A stretch of DNA of 64,000 nucleotides from Amphiscolops sp. MND2022 (GCA_964187785.1 OZ076409.1:96412001-96476000), one strand, 5' to 3'. Positions 12,284-26,419 are shown, counted from the first letter of the stretch. The notes: a model not told the origin generated them from the sequence alone. Numbers and translations are program-made.

Positions 12284-13046
12284 CCAAGATAATCAAGAAT
12301 TCAAGATTTTCCTAAGATTTTGGCAAGATATCAAAGATGCCAAACGGTGGGGACCCACACACTTAAAAAACATTCAGGGCATAAAAAGTGATTTGCGGGA
12401 TGTGATCACCATTCAAGAGGAAACAATTTCAAATTTTACAGTGGCCATAATTTGATCAAGATGGTATCATATATGTGCCGTTGAAGGTTACCCTAGAAGT
12501 AAACGTTTTTGTGCTCGTAATACTTTAAGGCAACATGCAATTTTTACAAGTATTTTATATGATAAGAAAGCGTCAGCTTAGGATACTGAACATAGAACCA
12601 GCGTTGAGCCAATTTTGATCTTATTTTTTTTCGGAAAAATAATAATTGCATTGGAAGTCAAAACTTCGTGGAACCTTATCGAAGTGGAAGACAAAAATTA
12701 TACAAATGCTATAGAGAGGTTAAGGATAAGCTAATTCGAAGGGAGAAGCTAATTCGAATTCAAGTTTATTTGAAAGGATGTACAAAAAACAGGTTGGACG
12801 AGTTCATTTAATTTATAGATAGATGATTCAACCAGGACAAAAAATGAGCTTAAGCAGAGCTTCTAGTTTCTGCCCCCTCAAAGTATTAACTGTTGTTTTG
12901 TTGTAGTAGCTCATAGTTTTCATACTTTTCCGTTTATTGAATTTACGGAAAACGAAAGAAGAGAAAACTAACTTTCAGCCGAAGAGCCAATAGTGGCTTC
13001 GTGAAACAAGCGTTTTTCAATAAAGCATCTGCCTTGTGAAACACTA

Positions 13047-13377
13047 CGGCCAGCATAAAATCACGCGCGTGAATTGGCGTGATTTTCTAGCCAAATAGAT
13101 TGCCCCGTGGCATGGCCTGATTCTTCAGCGGAACTTGGAATTGGCGAAATATGCTGGTGATTTTCTAGTTTTCAAATATTGTCACTTCAAACCGCCAAGT
13201 TTGGACCCAGGAATTATCGGACAACTGCTTTTTTTGTATATAAATTCTGGAAAATTGAATTGAATTCAGCTATTGCTCCAATTTTCTTTCCGTGAATTTA
13301 GCGTGATTCTCGATTCAGAATAGCGTGAATAAGTGCGTGATTTTTGGGCATGTTCGGGCGTGATTTTACACTGGCCC
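13047..13377. mobile_element. MITE with (C/G)GGCCAG TIRs
   Basis: CGGCCAGCATAAAATCACGC ... GCGTGATTTTACACTGGCCC, with TA on both sides. Confidence 0.65.
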
Positions 13378-13700
13378 TATGGAACGTTTAACCTAGTGAA
13401 ATAAGAAAACAAGTCGACTGCGAGAACCTGAAGATGCATCTGAAAGTTTTTTTTTCTCCAAAAACACGCAGCATTCGCGGATTATTCAGCAGAAATAAAT
13501 AAAAAATGTCGTGAGTTCAGATTCAACTAGTCATACACTTGATACTTGATTCACTATTTAACGTGTGTTACGTTTTTTGACCTGTAAATTTTTCTTTATA
13601 ATGCATGCTTACACTACTTCTCCTAGAATGAATTTTTAGTTTTCATTTTTGATGTGTTTTTTAGTGTTTTTCAGTGTTTTTTTGTAATATCTGCCTCCAG

Positions 13701-13996
13701 GGGCCTTTGTCCCGGCATTCACGAACATTGAGAAAATGTCAATTTTGGAGGAGTTTGGAGACTTGCCCAGTGTGAGGCTAACCACAAACAACATGGTCAT
13801 GTTTACCTACTCGACCGGGAGAATAGCCGGGTACTACTTAGTGGGCGGTGTGGTTTCCGGATCTCTGGGCTTCCATTTTGGCATGTTGGTTCTCTCAATC
13901 TCAGTGTTTGTGTCTTGGGCCCTGTTTTGGATCCCTGTGGCAAAACATGATCTTCTCAATCCTGCTTCTCCAGTTAGAAGTTCAAACGTGAACTAA
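13701..13996 (+). CDS. MFS transporter (SLC18B1-like), terminal exon
   Basis: Acceptor ctgcctccag|GG (phase 1 fits). Reads GAFVPAFTNIEKMSIL...GFHFGMLVLSISVFVSWALFW... to TAA at 13996. Confidence 0.75.
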
Positions 13997-15024
13997 CAAA
14001 CTGGGTAGTTTTTAGGTTCCTTCCCACACGCCTAAATTTCTTGGAAATATTCAAAAATCAGCATAAATTTTTGACTGATTTTGTGAAATAATGTTACGCC
14101 CACAAAACAATGTGAAAAAGAGGGTTGTTGGATAAGCAAGAAAACTTTTTATATCGTTTGCAATTCGTATTGAACATTCTGAACATTGATATTGAATTAC
14201 CGGAAATTCAAATTGAACATTACAAGTCGCTGCTTGCGGAAGTTCAAAATGAACAAAAAAAACTCTAAATAAACATGGGTTACAATCGGTGAATATACAA
14301 TACATGAACATCCTAAACTACATAATTTTGACCCTGTTTAAACACCGAGCATATTACATCATGCTATGGTTTTGCCAGGCTGAGCACGATTCTGCTGTTA
14401 CCACTCCGCTGCTTAAATCGATACGTTGTTTCAGACGATTGAATCGAAATTGAACTAAAGTTTCATCGCGTCTTCAATGGGCTTCTGGGTTAATAAATAC
14501 TTCCTACTGGGCGCAAAGCGTACGCTTCAGCTTTGCTTTCTAGGTGGAGATTGCACACTGGATCGGATTAGTCTTAGGAGAGTACTTCAGAATGTTCCTT
14601 ATGGAACGAATTTGCGCAAGTAAATTTTCATCTAGGTTACGTTGGCTTGGTGCGCTGTCAAATAGCATTAAGCATCTGTAGTCGACACATATTCGGCAAA
14701 ACACTTGTACTCAATTCCATTAGGAAGCAACGGAAAACTTCTTATAATCCACATATTGGTGCATCAATTCTACATTATAGTGCGTCAAACAATGGTGGAG
14801 CTAATGGCTGCATACACAGTAACGTTCGCACCGGACTGACTACATGGAGGTTACCTATCGCACCTCCGTGGTTGTCCGAAGCTCCATCTAGTGCAAATGT
14901 TACATCCGATTTCGTCTTAGTAAACTATCATAGAATCTCCGGGCTCAAATTGCATTCCAAGTTTTCCTATCTGGTTAGCTTTGTGTAAAGACTATTGCGT
15001 TCAGCTTGCAAATCCGGACTCATG

Positions 15025-15590
15025 TTTAGTCGACGCTTCTGTATAATAAAAGAGCCAAACTATTCCCGTCTCACGTTTTTTCGTTTTTCTTTGAGGCAGA
15101 TTCGAATTAGACGAAAATTTTGTTCAGTTTTTGAACTGAACGAATACCTGGGAAACGCATCTAAGTTATTGCAAAGGGTCCGCTTTCCTTTCTTTTTACT
15201 TTTTAAACGTTACATACAAAAGTGGACGAAACCAAAGTGTTCTCTCTGTTGAATTTGTTTCGGCACTGTTAAGCTTTTTTTCCGCAAAGGGTCCCTTCTT
15301 CATTTTTTCGAAACTTTGAAAGAAACGGTATGTTTAAAAAAGCCCAAAGTGTCCCCTTGACACATTCTTGGCACTATGAGACAGTTTGAAAATTCTTATT
15401 TTTGTACGAAATTAATTTTTTTTGAAATATATCCACCATTAAGCAATCCCATTCGCCCAGCACGAAGTTTTAGGTGGTTTGATTCTTTCATGTGAGTTTT
15501 TTATCCTAAAATATTCTGAGCACATCTTAAAAATGTTTCGCTTTTTGAGCTTCAATTGGGGCGTCGACTTGACATGTTCCCGACTTGTTC
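15025..15590 (+). mobile_element. HINE-like repeat, copy 3
   Basis: 5' TTTAGTCGACGC and 3' GGCGTCGACTTGACATGTTCCCGACTTGTT; both subterminal repeats carry the same complementary change. Confidence 0.6.
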
Positions 15591-15799
15591 AAGTAAACGC
15601 TAAACTGTCAATCGCACTGAATAAGTCTTGTCACAGATGTCTGGCTTATTTGTATATCTGCTTTGCCGAGCTACGATCAAATTGGCTACTGTTACCAAGG
15701 TGTTCTCTTCCAGGATCCCCACAGTAAGTTCACGCATATCAACGTCCACCTTCTGATTCTGTTTACCTCCACGTTTCTGCTCTAAGTGTCCCCTTTTAA

Positions 15800-16353
15800 C
15801 CCTAAACGACCAGGGCGTTTTTGCAATTTTTCAAAAAATTGGATTAAAAAAATTAAATTATCAATATCTCCACAACTACGCGTACCAGAGAAACGAACTA
15901 TAGCGCGTTTGAAAGGTCTGGTATTGGGCTTTCATTTTGGTCAGGTGAGCCGCTGACAGTGTCGCCGCGCGCCCCCTCCTTCAGAATTTTAGTTTCTTCT
16001 TCCGGTATCGGGGGGCTTGTAGTAACAACAGAACATTATTAGGTTTTGTTGCGTAAGAACTTGTTGTGCAAGTGTATGGGGTTGGTTTTTGCTATGGGGC
16101 AAGATTTTTTGAGAAAATTGGATTTCGCCAAAAACTGAATTTTAGAAAAAAAAACATTTTTTGTGCAAAAATCTCATTTTTCTCAGTTTTGGAGACATAT
16201 TCATTTTTCCTAACTCTTGTGCCGTTCAAACCATTCTAGGTACCAAAGAATTGTTGACAAAAAACTGTGCTAGGGAATATGGGCTACTGGTAAAACGGAT
16301 TAGAAAATGAAAAAAAAGGTATGTGACTTTAAAGTCCACTGGGTTGTTTAGGG
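15800..16353. mobile_element. piggyBac-type MITE
   Basis: TTAA|CCCTAAACGACC ... GGTTGTTTAGGG|TTAA: TTAA TSD with CCC/GGG termini. Confidence 0.85.
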
Positions 16354-17637
16354 TTAACCATGTGGTACGTATTGGTCCGGTTAATGTTGAGTTGCTCTAC
16401 GAGTTTCAGGAAATCATCGCCTCTCTTTGGCGCTCTTTGTGAAGTCGCGATGTAGTTTTTTAAGTACCGCGAGGCATAGTTTAAGTTCGATATAGCCGTT
16501 CTGAAGAAAGTCAGCGGACCAATCAGAGAGCAGCGGCAAAAGTGTCATTATAGCAGCAGTGTTGGCGTGGAATCCAGGACAAGCACTGTCGTGGAATCCA
16601 AGACACGCTCAACATCAAAGGGGAATTTTGTCCTGGATTCCACGACTTTTCTGAATTGTCGTGTCCCGGATTCCACGAAAAGCAGCAAAATAGCTTGCCT
16701 GTGCACTGTAATGTATAACGAAGTAATTTTGTTGAAGTAATTCTGTTGAAGTAATGTATAATTTGTGTTTCCATTTGTTCAATATCATTGCTCACAATGC
16801 TCAATACGAATCAACAAAGGTAGTATTTTCCATTAGGTGAAAGTGTTATTTTTATAACGTGTGTGGAAAAAGACCCGGAATAAAGAAGCCACACACTGGA
16901 TGAAAGAAACTCATGTGAAGAAATTTTTTCATGATGGGAGAATAACGTGACTCAGAGTCTTTCCAAAAGCTTCTTCCACTAGAACTAGATTTGAAGTCGT
17001 CACGAAAAGACGAGTGAACGAAATGGCAAATTTGGAACATCTTCGGATCAGAATAAGTTTTTCACGATTTGTTTGTTAACGATGGTATCCGATTCAATAA
17101 TCAGTTATATCTGAAATAATTTCATTGACGGTGCTAACTGCTAATCAGTATGTTATACTTTTTAGATTGTACTTTTACTGTTCTAGATTGGCACTTGAAT
17201 AGGCAGATTTTTTTGCTATTCCAAAAGTGCTTTGATCTTCCAATTTTTTAAAGTTCTTTAGTTCTGAACTAATTCAGTTCATTCGATTTTTATTAGTTTC
17301 AATTCTCTTTCAGTGCTAGCAATAAAAGCAGCATTTAGTGAGACGAGCCAGCGAAATTTCTTGAACTTTTGCATATTGAACTCCCTTGAAGACTGCTCAA
17401 AGGTTTTTCAATATTTTATTTTCATAGGGGTGGCAGACATTTTTTCAAAGCGCAGTGACCTGCTGACAGAAAGATGCAAGGAAATTTTCAAATATTTTTC
17501 ACGCAGCCTGGAATTTCTACGTTTTCCAAGAAAATTGCCCTGCATGCAGGCCTGCAGCATGTGAACAGCTGTCTCGATTAGCAGAGCTAGGGAAAAATCA
17601 GTTCGAAAAGCTATCTGTAACTTTTTTTATCAGACAA

Positions 17638-20600
17638 TGTGTTGAATAAAGGAAGATTAAGACTATAATACTCTGCTCTAATCGTTACCGTTGTATAAAT
17701 GGAGTCGATTAGAGTATATAGTTATTGGCGGGTACAATATGTAAGGTCAGCAGACAGTTACATAAGTTTACATTTTGACCTCTGATAACCTCTAACAATA
17801 TTGTATTATCTTTTTTTCTTCGGTTTCTAATGTGTGTTTGGTGCCTGCTACGCTGTTCGTGGTTTTGTTTCACAATTTATTTTTTAAATTTTTTCTTCTG
17901 TAGTTTCTTCTCTAGGAGTAAGTAAGGAAGGTTGGTACTAACGTCACCATCTCATCTTTCTTCTTGGTGTTTTCATCACCAGACGGTCATGTTCACTTTC
18001 TCCATTTGTGAGAGAGTACATCTGTCTCTGGGTTGACGGAAACATTAAGTATCGGTTGGTACATTCAAGTTGCTTGTTAGTTTGGTTCGTATCTTTCTGC
18101 GGCAATGTCTTTCGAACGGCGTTTCTTTTGGTTTTGAAAGGATGGTTGTTCACATTACCAATAATGAGCGGTATAGTGCTTCATTAAAATTGCATTTGTC
18201 TTCTAAAATTGTCCTCATAACACGTTCGATTGGGCGGTCGGATTAAGTATGAAGGATTTTCCGTGTATGAGTTTTTCGCTTATTTTTCCGCACAGTGATC
18301 TCAGTTCGAGTTCCGTGAAAGCGGATCCTTTATCCGTTCAATTTGTTATTTGGATTCCGTTAAGTAGTATGTATTCTTCTGAAAGTCTTTTGTTGTTTGC
18401 CCGGTTAGAGCTTTGCATAAATATGTCACTTGCCATCTGCTTTACCAGTCTGTTGAGCCGATTTAAAACTTTTTTAATTGGAATGCTTGGTTTGTTTCAT
18501 CGACCGATTCAAGATAATTGATCACAATTTGAGGTTTCATGCTCTTACCTAACATTTTGCATTCTTCAAATATTGTCTTAATATCCTTGATAAAGCTTTT
18601 CCATCATAACGGTTTTGCCGCAGTTTTGCTGGGTGTTCCTTTTGCAATATGATTATACGATTCTTTGAATTGCCTTTGAGACATGACTTTGTTGTCGTAG
18701 AAACTACTCCAATTCTTGCTGACAGATTCTGCTTGAATATTTGATGTTCCTCAGTGATTTGTTCGTAGGTCTGGCTTTCAGGGCATACTAATATTTCAAG
18801 TAGTTTCTCGTCGTTTGTATTGTCTCCACTAATAGATTTTAATTCTGTGGACAAATGTTTGTACCGCTTGTCTAATTGTTGTTTCTCAATCCCATGTAAC
18901 TCTCTTTGGTAGCCAACAGGTATCTTATAAAGTTTGTCGCCGGTAGTGTAATCGTCGTTTCGGAATCGGAAGACATTGTTTCAGTTGCCTCAGTTTTGAC
19001 TGAATCTGCAGTGGTCTGTAACTGTTTGTGCTTGTCCCCTAATGTTTGGTATCTTTCCTAGTTTCTTGATTGCTTGGTAAAAATTGTTTTTGTTTCAACC
19101 TCTTCTTGAATTCTTGAATTTCTTGGTTGGCAATTTCTTTTTTCTACAGTACTTTGTTTCTCGTTTGCCAGCGCTCTACTTTGATCTTTATTAACTTTCG
19201 CCCACAAGATTGGGGGAGGAAAATCATTATCTATGGCGCGTTTTTTCTTTACAAATTCTGCAAAAACTCCACTCCATCTCAATTCCACTTCACTTATTGC
19301 TTTCCCAGCCATTAACTCGTGGGTTCGAACTTGGACTGGCGCTTGAAATTTTTCGTGTTTCCTAGCCAGTAAGTCGTGGGTTCGATCCTCTCCTTCGCCA
19401 TACTTTTTTGCAATTCGCGCAATTCTTACAATATTACAAGTTCTTTTAATTCTTACATTACCTTACGAAGTAGTATTTTTCCATCATCTAAGAAACTCAA
19501 CGGGGACAAAGGGTTCCCCTTTCAGCTTTTCGGCTCTTTGAGACTTCTTTTTGAAAAAAATTTAACCGAAGGGTCCCCCTTCAATTTTTGGATATTTTGC
19601 GACAAAATGGATGTTGAAAAATCCCAAAGGGTCCCCGCTTTCAGTTGCTTGCGGCATTGTGCGACTTTTTTTTCCAAATTTTGTTCTCTTAAAATGGTCC
19701 CCAATTAATCAATACTTTGACATTTTGAAGTCATTTTGCTATCTTTGAGCATTAGATATGGTGCCGACTTGGGACGTTCCCGTCTTGTTTCTTTTTGTTG
19801 TTAGTTTCAGTATTTCTTTTGGAGGGTCTTCTCGCTAAACATTTTCATGTTAATATGTCCAATTTTGATGATTATTGGTGAGATTTCAATTATCGAACTT
19901 GGCGTTCTGATTTTTGGGCTTGTAGCAACGAACTACGCTTGTTTAGTTTGTAACTCGTCTGTGATTGGTACACGTGTTTGACTTTTGATTGGCAATTCGT
20001 TTGGTGAGTGTTTGTTATCGGATCCGTTCGTGTTTATAGTTTTCTTTCATCAGGTGATGCTGCAGTATTTGTTGATGAACTCGCGCAAGGGTGTAGTCGT
20101 AGTTACGGCGTAATCTTCGTCGTAGTTTTCGTCCTGGATTAGATTTAAGATTTCTGCTCAGGGAGGCGTTTAGGCCAAGATGTTTGCCTCCGACATGCTT
20201 TATTGTCATCTAAGTGAGCTAGCCTATCAATACACTTAGTTAGTCTTGCGCTGTACGTTTCGTTTGATCAATTATTTTAAGATTGAAGGTTCCAATCATA
20301 GTTGTTAGGTAAAATTTCGAATGGTCTTCCTTGAACAATTTATCGAAAAGGTTCCACTTCCCAAAAATTACCATCATTTCTAGGTCGTTTATTGCGCATT
20401 TCTTATTGGTGCCCGATAAGTCATTGCTTGCGATTCCAATTGGGTTCAACTTCCGTCTTCTTGTCTCGCCACAATGACGAACCTAATTCTTTGTACCCTC
20501 ATATGTTGTTAGTATGTTTTCCTGTTTTGAATTGTTGTTGGCTAGGCAAGGCTATGAAGTGATTGATTTTTCCAAGGTATTGAATGCTTCTTTTGTGTGT

Positions 20601-22787
20601 TCGTCGGTCCAGAAAAAGCGACTTTGACATCTAATCCGTGTTTTCATTTGCTTCTTTTTTTGTTCTGCCACCTTAAAATTTTTGAATTCGAATGTTTTGT
20701 CTAACAGTTGTTGAATTTTCTTGTTTATCAACAAGTTCATTGACTTTGTTCACGGAACAGTGGTATCCCGTGAACTCTCATCGTATAACGGAAATATACA
20801 TTAGTTTTGTGTTTGTTCTGCCAGTTTATATGAAAAGGTCTAGTTTTTATATCGAGGTCTAGTTTTGTTAAGATTTCTCCATTTTGGCTAACATTATCCC
20901 AGATAATCAGGATATTAAATATTCCATATTCATTTTTGCACTTTGCAATTATTTCACTCGGTATAGTTCTCCTGAGTCCAGGGCAAGGTTTATCGATTTA
21001 TCTTTCTTCAAGGTTTTTTCTGTTGGCCTGCGAAGGCACTCTCGATTTTTTCCGGTTTTCCATTCTACCTAACTTTGTTTTAGAACTCGTTTATGCTTTT
21101 TAGCACTTCTGCAACTTGTTCAATGGATTGGTATCGGGTGTACTGTTTGATGTATTATGTTTGCTCTTTCTATTAGGGTTCTTTACACAACCTAGAGAAT
21201 TTTTATTTCTTTATTGTTTAAAAAAAATCCTTGAATATATTCTTCAGCTTAGTTTTTTCCGCCTCGTCTAATTTGATTTTGTGTAATATCATACTTTAGA
21301 ATGTTATGCTCAGTGCTATTACCAGCCGTTGCATCCAATTTAATCCCAATAGCGATGTTATCTTTGTGCGTGATTGGTAATGGTAGTCAAATTGTGTCGC
21401 CGCTTGTTTTCAACTTTGATTTTGTTGTCCTATGAATAAATTTTTGGTAGTCGAAGTGTGTCGTCGCTTGTTTTCACCTTTGATTTTGTTTGTCGCATGA
21501 ATTCAACCTTATAATCATTGACATCTTTGTATACTGTATTAAGTTTCTTAACTTTTGAGATGTCATTGAATAAACAATGTTTCATTAGTGTCTTTGGTGA
21601 TCGCTCTCTAATATGGGTTTTATTGGTACATTGTAGACCAATAGTGTCAAATGATAGTTTTCCTTTTTCTCTTTTTATTTACGTTCTGGGTTTCGTCGTG
21701 ACCTCCATTATGTTCTTCTGCTGATTTTTTTGCTCTATCCAGATAATGTATTCCTTCTGGGAGTTGGCATAATTTGTATTTTTGCCCAATCGTTTTGCAT
21801 CTTTCCAATCAACGGTTTTGGTTGGACAGTTGTTTTTTCCCGTCCAATTTGGTGATGCTCATTGTCCGCACCAGTTATCTTGGAGATTTATACTTGGATA
21901 TCCCCGTGTTTTCTTTTCATTCATATTTGGATGTTTCGGAATTTTGATTTTTCCAAGGTTTTTCGTGTACGCCTTTTAAGTTTCGTTCGTATTTTGATTA
22001 GTTCGAATCATTCATTTGATCATACATAACGTCATGGGTAGTGTCAGTTATTGTTTTGATTGTCAAGTATTTTTTGTGATCTTGTTCTTTAGTTCATGGT
22101 CTCCGGTGAATCTCCTAATTTATGATACGATCTTTGATGCTATTATTTCCGCTGATGTTCAATTATCAAATTCTTAGTTCGTTTCCGTTTCCAATATTCT
22201 AGTTCACATATCTTCCGTTGTTTCACTTGGTTCTTGGTTCTCTCACCATACCAACGATGTCGACCCTGCTATGGACTTTACACTTTTCTGGGATAAATTG
22301 TAGTCTGAATAATGAGTATAGCTGGTTTTTTTACCTCTTGTTCGGGTCGTTAACTCTCACAGTTTTTGTCATTTCAGTTACTGCGGCCCCTCCTAACACC
22401 CAGATGAAAATATCATCGAGTTTTCTGATCTTCTCTGATTACTGGTTTTATCACTTTATCAGTTGTCATATTCAGGTCAATATGTACTGGATGAATCTCC
22501 TCAACCATAGTTTTGCTTATTGTATTGTCTTTTTTCAATTATTGGTAATGTAGTTCTTGAATGGGTTTCCGTTATTCCCTCGTTTTCTCCCACTTTTTCA
22601 CTCGAAAGACTTCTGCTCGTCGATTCTGCTAATCTTGATTCAAAGTTGTTCGAAGTCATTTTTTCTACTGTCTGCGACAAGTTGAATATTAGAGGTTATG
22701 ACTATTGGACTGTATTGTAATCATTAACGTTGTATAAATGAAATAAAGTACACCGCTGTAAGCAAGTACATTACATAAGCTCAGACA
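17638..22787 (-). mobile_element. Old, heavily degenerate Gypsy-type LTR retrotransposon of a different family
   Basis: Minus-strand fragments include FFWTDEHTKEAFNTLEKSIT (RT connection), PIGIASNDLSGTNKKCAINDLEM and IKHVGGKHLGLNASLSR (RNase H), and an integrase-like stretch near 18200-18500. Diverged short LTR-like repeats sit at ~17638-17800 and ~22680-22787. The right end runs into the N gap. Confidence 0.7.
19490..19790 (+). mobile_element. HINE-like repeat, copy 4 (3' part), nested in the old Gypsy element
   Basis: Ends GGTGCCGACTTGGGACGTTCCCGTCTTGTT; internal AAAGGGTCCCC repeats. Confidence 0.6.
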
Positions 22788-22987
22788 NNNNNNNNNNNNN
22801 NNNNNNNNNNNNNNNNNNNNNNNNNNNNNNNNNNNNNNNNNNNNNNNNNNNNNNNNNNNNNNNNNNNNNNNNNNNNNNNNNNNNNNNNNNNNNNNNNNNN
22901 NNNNNNNNNNNNNNNNNNNNNNNNNNNNNNNNNNNNNNNNNNNNNNNNNNNNNNNNNNNNNNNNNNNNNNNNNNNNNNNNNNNNNNN
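22788..22987. other. Assembly gap (200 N)
   Basis: Run of exactly 200 N. Confidence 1.
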
Positions 22988-24632
22988 ATAACAAGCCTTG
23001 TATAAATTAGAGGTAAAATTCGCTGACTTTTCAACATGTCCGACAAAAAAGGTCAATGGTTTTTTCTTTTTCAGCTTTTATTCGCATGTAGTTTTGCAAT
23101 TTCTCACAGAAAAAAAACTATTTACGGTGGAGTTTAAATCACACATTTTATTGGTTGCAGAGTTCACTAACACTTTTTCAAAATGTCCAGAGTTTTCACG
23201 CATTTTTACACCCACGAAAATTCCGTCCGGTATCTTGGAAAATGTATGGAATCATGGCGGTTTTCAGTCAAATTTTCTTAAATTCTCGCTGCAGCATTGA
23301 AGTTATGAATTAAGACTTGTTTCTAGCTAAAGGTTTTCATTTAGAGTTACGCCGTGAAAAGGAAACACTGACAAAAATGCATTTTCCGCTACCTTTTTTG
23401 CTGGAATGGCAATCGAAATGGCGGGAATCAGACATTTTTTCATAACACGTTCCCAGGAAACGGAGTGGAGGTTACGTGAAAAGTTGTCCTTCAAAAGTGA
23501 CACTTTTTTTTAAAACGTGGACATTGAATATTGATTGAAAATAACCACAAATAGAAGTAATTAGTCGCTTTTATCAGATTATCGAAATTGAATGAAACTG
23601 CGAAAATCTTTTCTTTAACCCGTAAATGAGATTTCGGATTCTGCAAGGTTTTTTGGTCAATAAATGTTGTTAAAATGTCTCTTTTTAACAGAAACTACGT
23701 AATTGTCACAAAAATTTTTACTTCTTGTATTCACAGAAAGACGTTAATCGATTTTCTGTTTAAAATTTTCCATTGCTGTTTCTATTTTAGTGGTTCTTTC
23801 AAATCATGCAAAAATTCAAAAACATTGGATGTTTCTTCTCTTGATTTCAAACCCTTCGGTAGCATTTTTTGGGTGCCATTTGCGGGAATGCGGTTTTCCT
23901 TTCAACCCGAAATTGCGTTCTTTTTGGTGATTGGTCAATCGTGAGTGACCTGATTAGGGAAGCCGTGACTTCCACGGTAGGACATGGAAAAACAGAGAAC
24001 ATCTGCTTTTTGACTTTGTAACGATTCCACAATGATTTATGCGTTGCTTTCGCTGTGTTTGTCAATTAAGATGTCTCAATACATCAACTGTACAGCTCCT
24101 AATCAAAGAGGTTGCTTTTTTCCCGTCCTTTGGTACCTGCTTTTGATGTGAAATATTACCAAGTCTATGTTTATAACACATTAAATAGGATTTACAACCG
24201 GAATTTATTTCATGTTTTATCTTTTAACTCGGTCGATTGGAGGGTTATTATAAACCAAGCCAACTAAGGAGACAAACATCAAATTGCTGAATATTTCAAA
24301 GAAGCGATCAAAGTTTTAGAGGTACAAAAATGGTGTCTTTATTGCACCTTTGTTTCATGAGAGGATGTTTTTTGAGTTACCAAATTTGGGCTCAAAATGT
24401 TGATCTAACGATTTTTGATTAAATCATAATTTCATAATGGAATTCTTCTGAACTCCCTGAAAGACGATGGGATAATTTTAAACTATTTGAACTGTAAGGT
24501 TGTTAAAGGGTACAGTTGAAGTCGACTAAGGAATTTGACAAAACAAGAAGTGAACAAAACAAGAACTGAAAATTTGCAACTCGCTCAAAAGTACTCAAGA
24601 CTGAAAAACAGAACATTTCTGAAAGAAAATTG

Positions 24633-25223
24633 TCATCTGTCGTAAGCACAAGTGTTCAAAGGTCCTTCATTAGGACGATCACGGATTGGATCACTTCTTG
24701 AGTTTCCTCTAGATTTCTCATTGCAGAACCTTTCGGAGTTTACCTCCGGTCTCTCGGCCGGAACGTTCCATCTATCTTGTGTCAAACGGCCCGATCCGAA
24801 ATTAAGGGCAGTCTGAATCTGAGGCAATATTTGACTACTAATTGCATCACTAACTGCCCTTTGGATCTGGGTGTTAACATTACTCATCATTTCATCTAAT
24901 TCTCTTGATAACCTTGAGTTCAACTCACTCGACAGTCTATTGATCTCTGCACTAGAATTACCGCTAGCTGAATTTCGGGCATAATCGGCATCAATACCAG
25001 TGCCGACATTTCTTGAATCTAAAGATCTGTTCTCATCATTATTTTCACTTTCATCGCCTAAGGCGCTTTCTGATCTTTCAGCGTGATTGCTGTTAAGACT
25101 CATGTCTCTTTCATTTCTGTTAAAGTGATTTTCCCCAAGCATGATATCTATATTTTCTGTATCTGAGTGCATCTCAATTCCTCTAGATTTTCTAGCCTTC
25201 TTTTGTTTTCTTGTCGTAGGCAT
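24633..25223 (-). CDS. Intact LTR-encoded Gag N-terminal ORF (196 aa, MPTTRKQKKARKSRG...)
   Basis: ATG at 25223, open to the LTR end, with the stop supplied by the flank. Contains NSSAEINRLSSELNSRLSRELDEMM, shared with the other LTR copies. Confidence 0.6.
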   Translation of the reverse strand: MPTTRKQKKARKSRGIEMHSDTENIDIMLGENHFNRNERDMSLNSNHAERSESALGDESENNDENRSLDSRNVGTGIDADYARNSASGNSSAEINRLSSELNSRLSRELDEMMSNVNTQIQRAVSDAISSQILPQIQTALNFGSGRLTQDRWNVPAERPEVNSERFCNEKSRGNSRSDPIRDRPNEGPLNTCAYDR

Positions 25224-26419
25224 GTGAAAAGAACTCGAGATAAAACAGTGAATTAGTCTTAGCTCGAAAACAGTATTTTTAAAGTTGAACTGAACAGTAG
25301 GTAGGTTAAACAAATTGTGTCCTCCTAAGGAAGGTGAAGGGTATATACAGTTCCTTGGGAGTGACAAGCATATTTTTGCGTAAGCACCAAATTCCTTAAA
25401 CGGCACATGACTCTGATGGAACTCGATGACAGCTATCACATCAGGGTGATTTAGGAATTTATCCGGTTAGGGTTATGAGAATTCATTTAAGGCGTCAACA
25501 TTTCAAGTTCGTCGAAACCAAGGAATGCGTTCAAAAGCATTCTTGAAATAAATGTAGCCGCGACAAAAGGGGGTGGAAGGAATTTGAACCAACACGAAAA
25601 ATAATCGCTGGCAAGAATTAGCACTTCAAAGCATTGTTTACATTTAAAGGATTGTCAAGCATTGTATGACACGTGGCAAAGTATGGAAATAGAACCAAGC
25701 TGCTACAAATCAACATCCCAATTACATGCTAGCTGGGGTACTAGGTAAGCGTAATATTACATAATAGCCCGATGCGGCCAACTGACCAAAATGGGACCAG
25801 TTAAAGTGGCTTGAATAGGTTTCATGACTGGTACTTCAGATTATTGATATTTAAATATTAATCACTCCAAATTATTTTAGAGCACCCATTAGTATTCCCC
25901 AATATGAATACGGAATTACATGACAATCAGATGTACAGTATTCATCATTTCAGTATCACTAGCAATAAATTAAAGAAGTGGCCTAAACCGGTCATTTGCC
26001 TTTCGTTCTACCTTTTAAGCATGTAACTGCGTCAAATGGCCATATCCGGCTCAATATTTAAATATGCGCAACAAATGAAGCTATCTGATTGGTCAACGTG
26101 ACGAGCTCAAGTGACGTCCCCGGTATTGGAGTTTCGTTCAATTGAACTCGTTTCCGTTAAGCCATTCACTTGCTTTATTACATTCAACGTAATTTCACAG
26201 CGCTTTCAGCATATTAAACAATCTGATTTGTACTTGAATGTACTAATTAACAGACTAATACATAGTATATTTGATATTAGCAACTGAAATGTTAACTGGT
26301 TATGATTAAAAGCGCAAAGTTTTCAACATAAAATATGAAAGGACTAAATTTAATATATCGGCAGAGTTCCTGGTACGGTCTCCTGACCGTTTGCTGTCGT
26401 TGTATATTTGTTGCCGTCA
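24638..26419 (-). mobile_element. Solo LTR of the coding-LTR Gypsy clan
   Basis: TG...CA ends with TSD TCATC (24633-24637, 26420-26424). Both ends are homologous to the element 1 LTR. Confidence 0.85.

Noticed and set aside
22689..23056. ORFs spanning X runs
   Set aside because: They are artefacts of the N gap.
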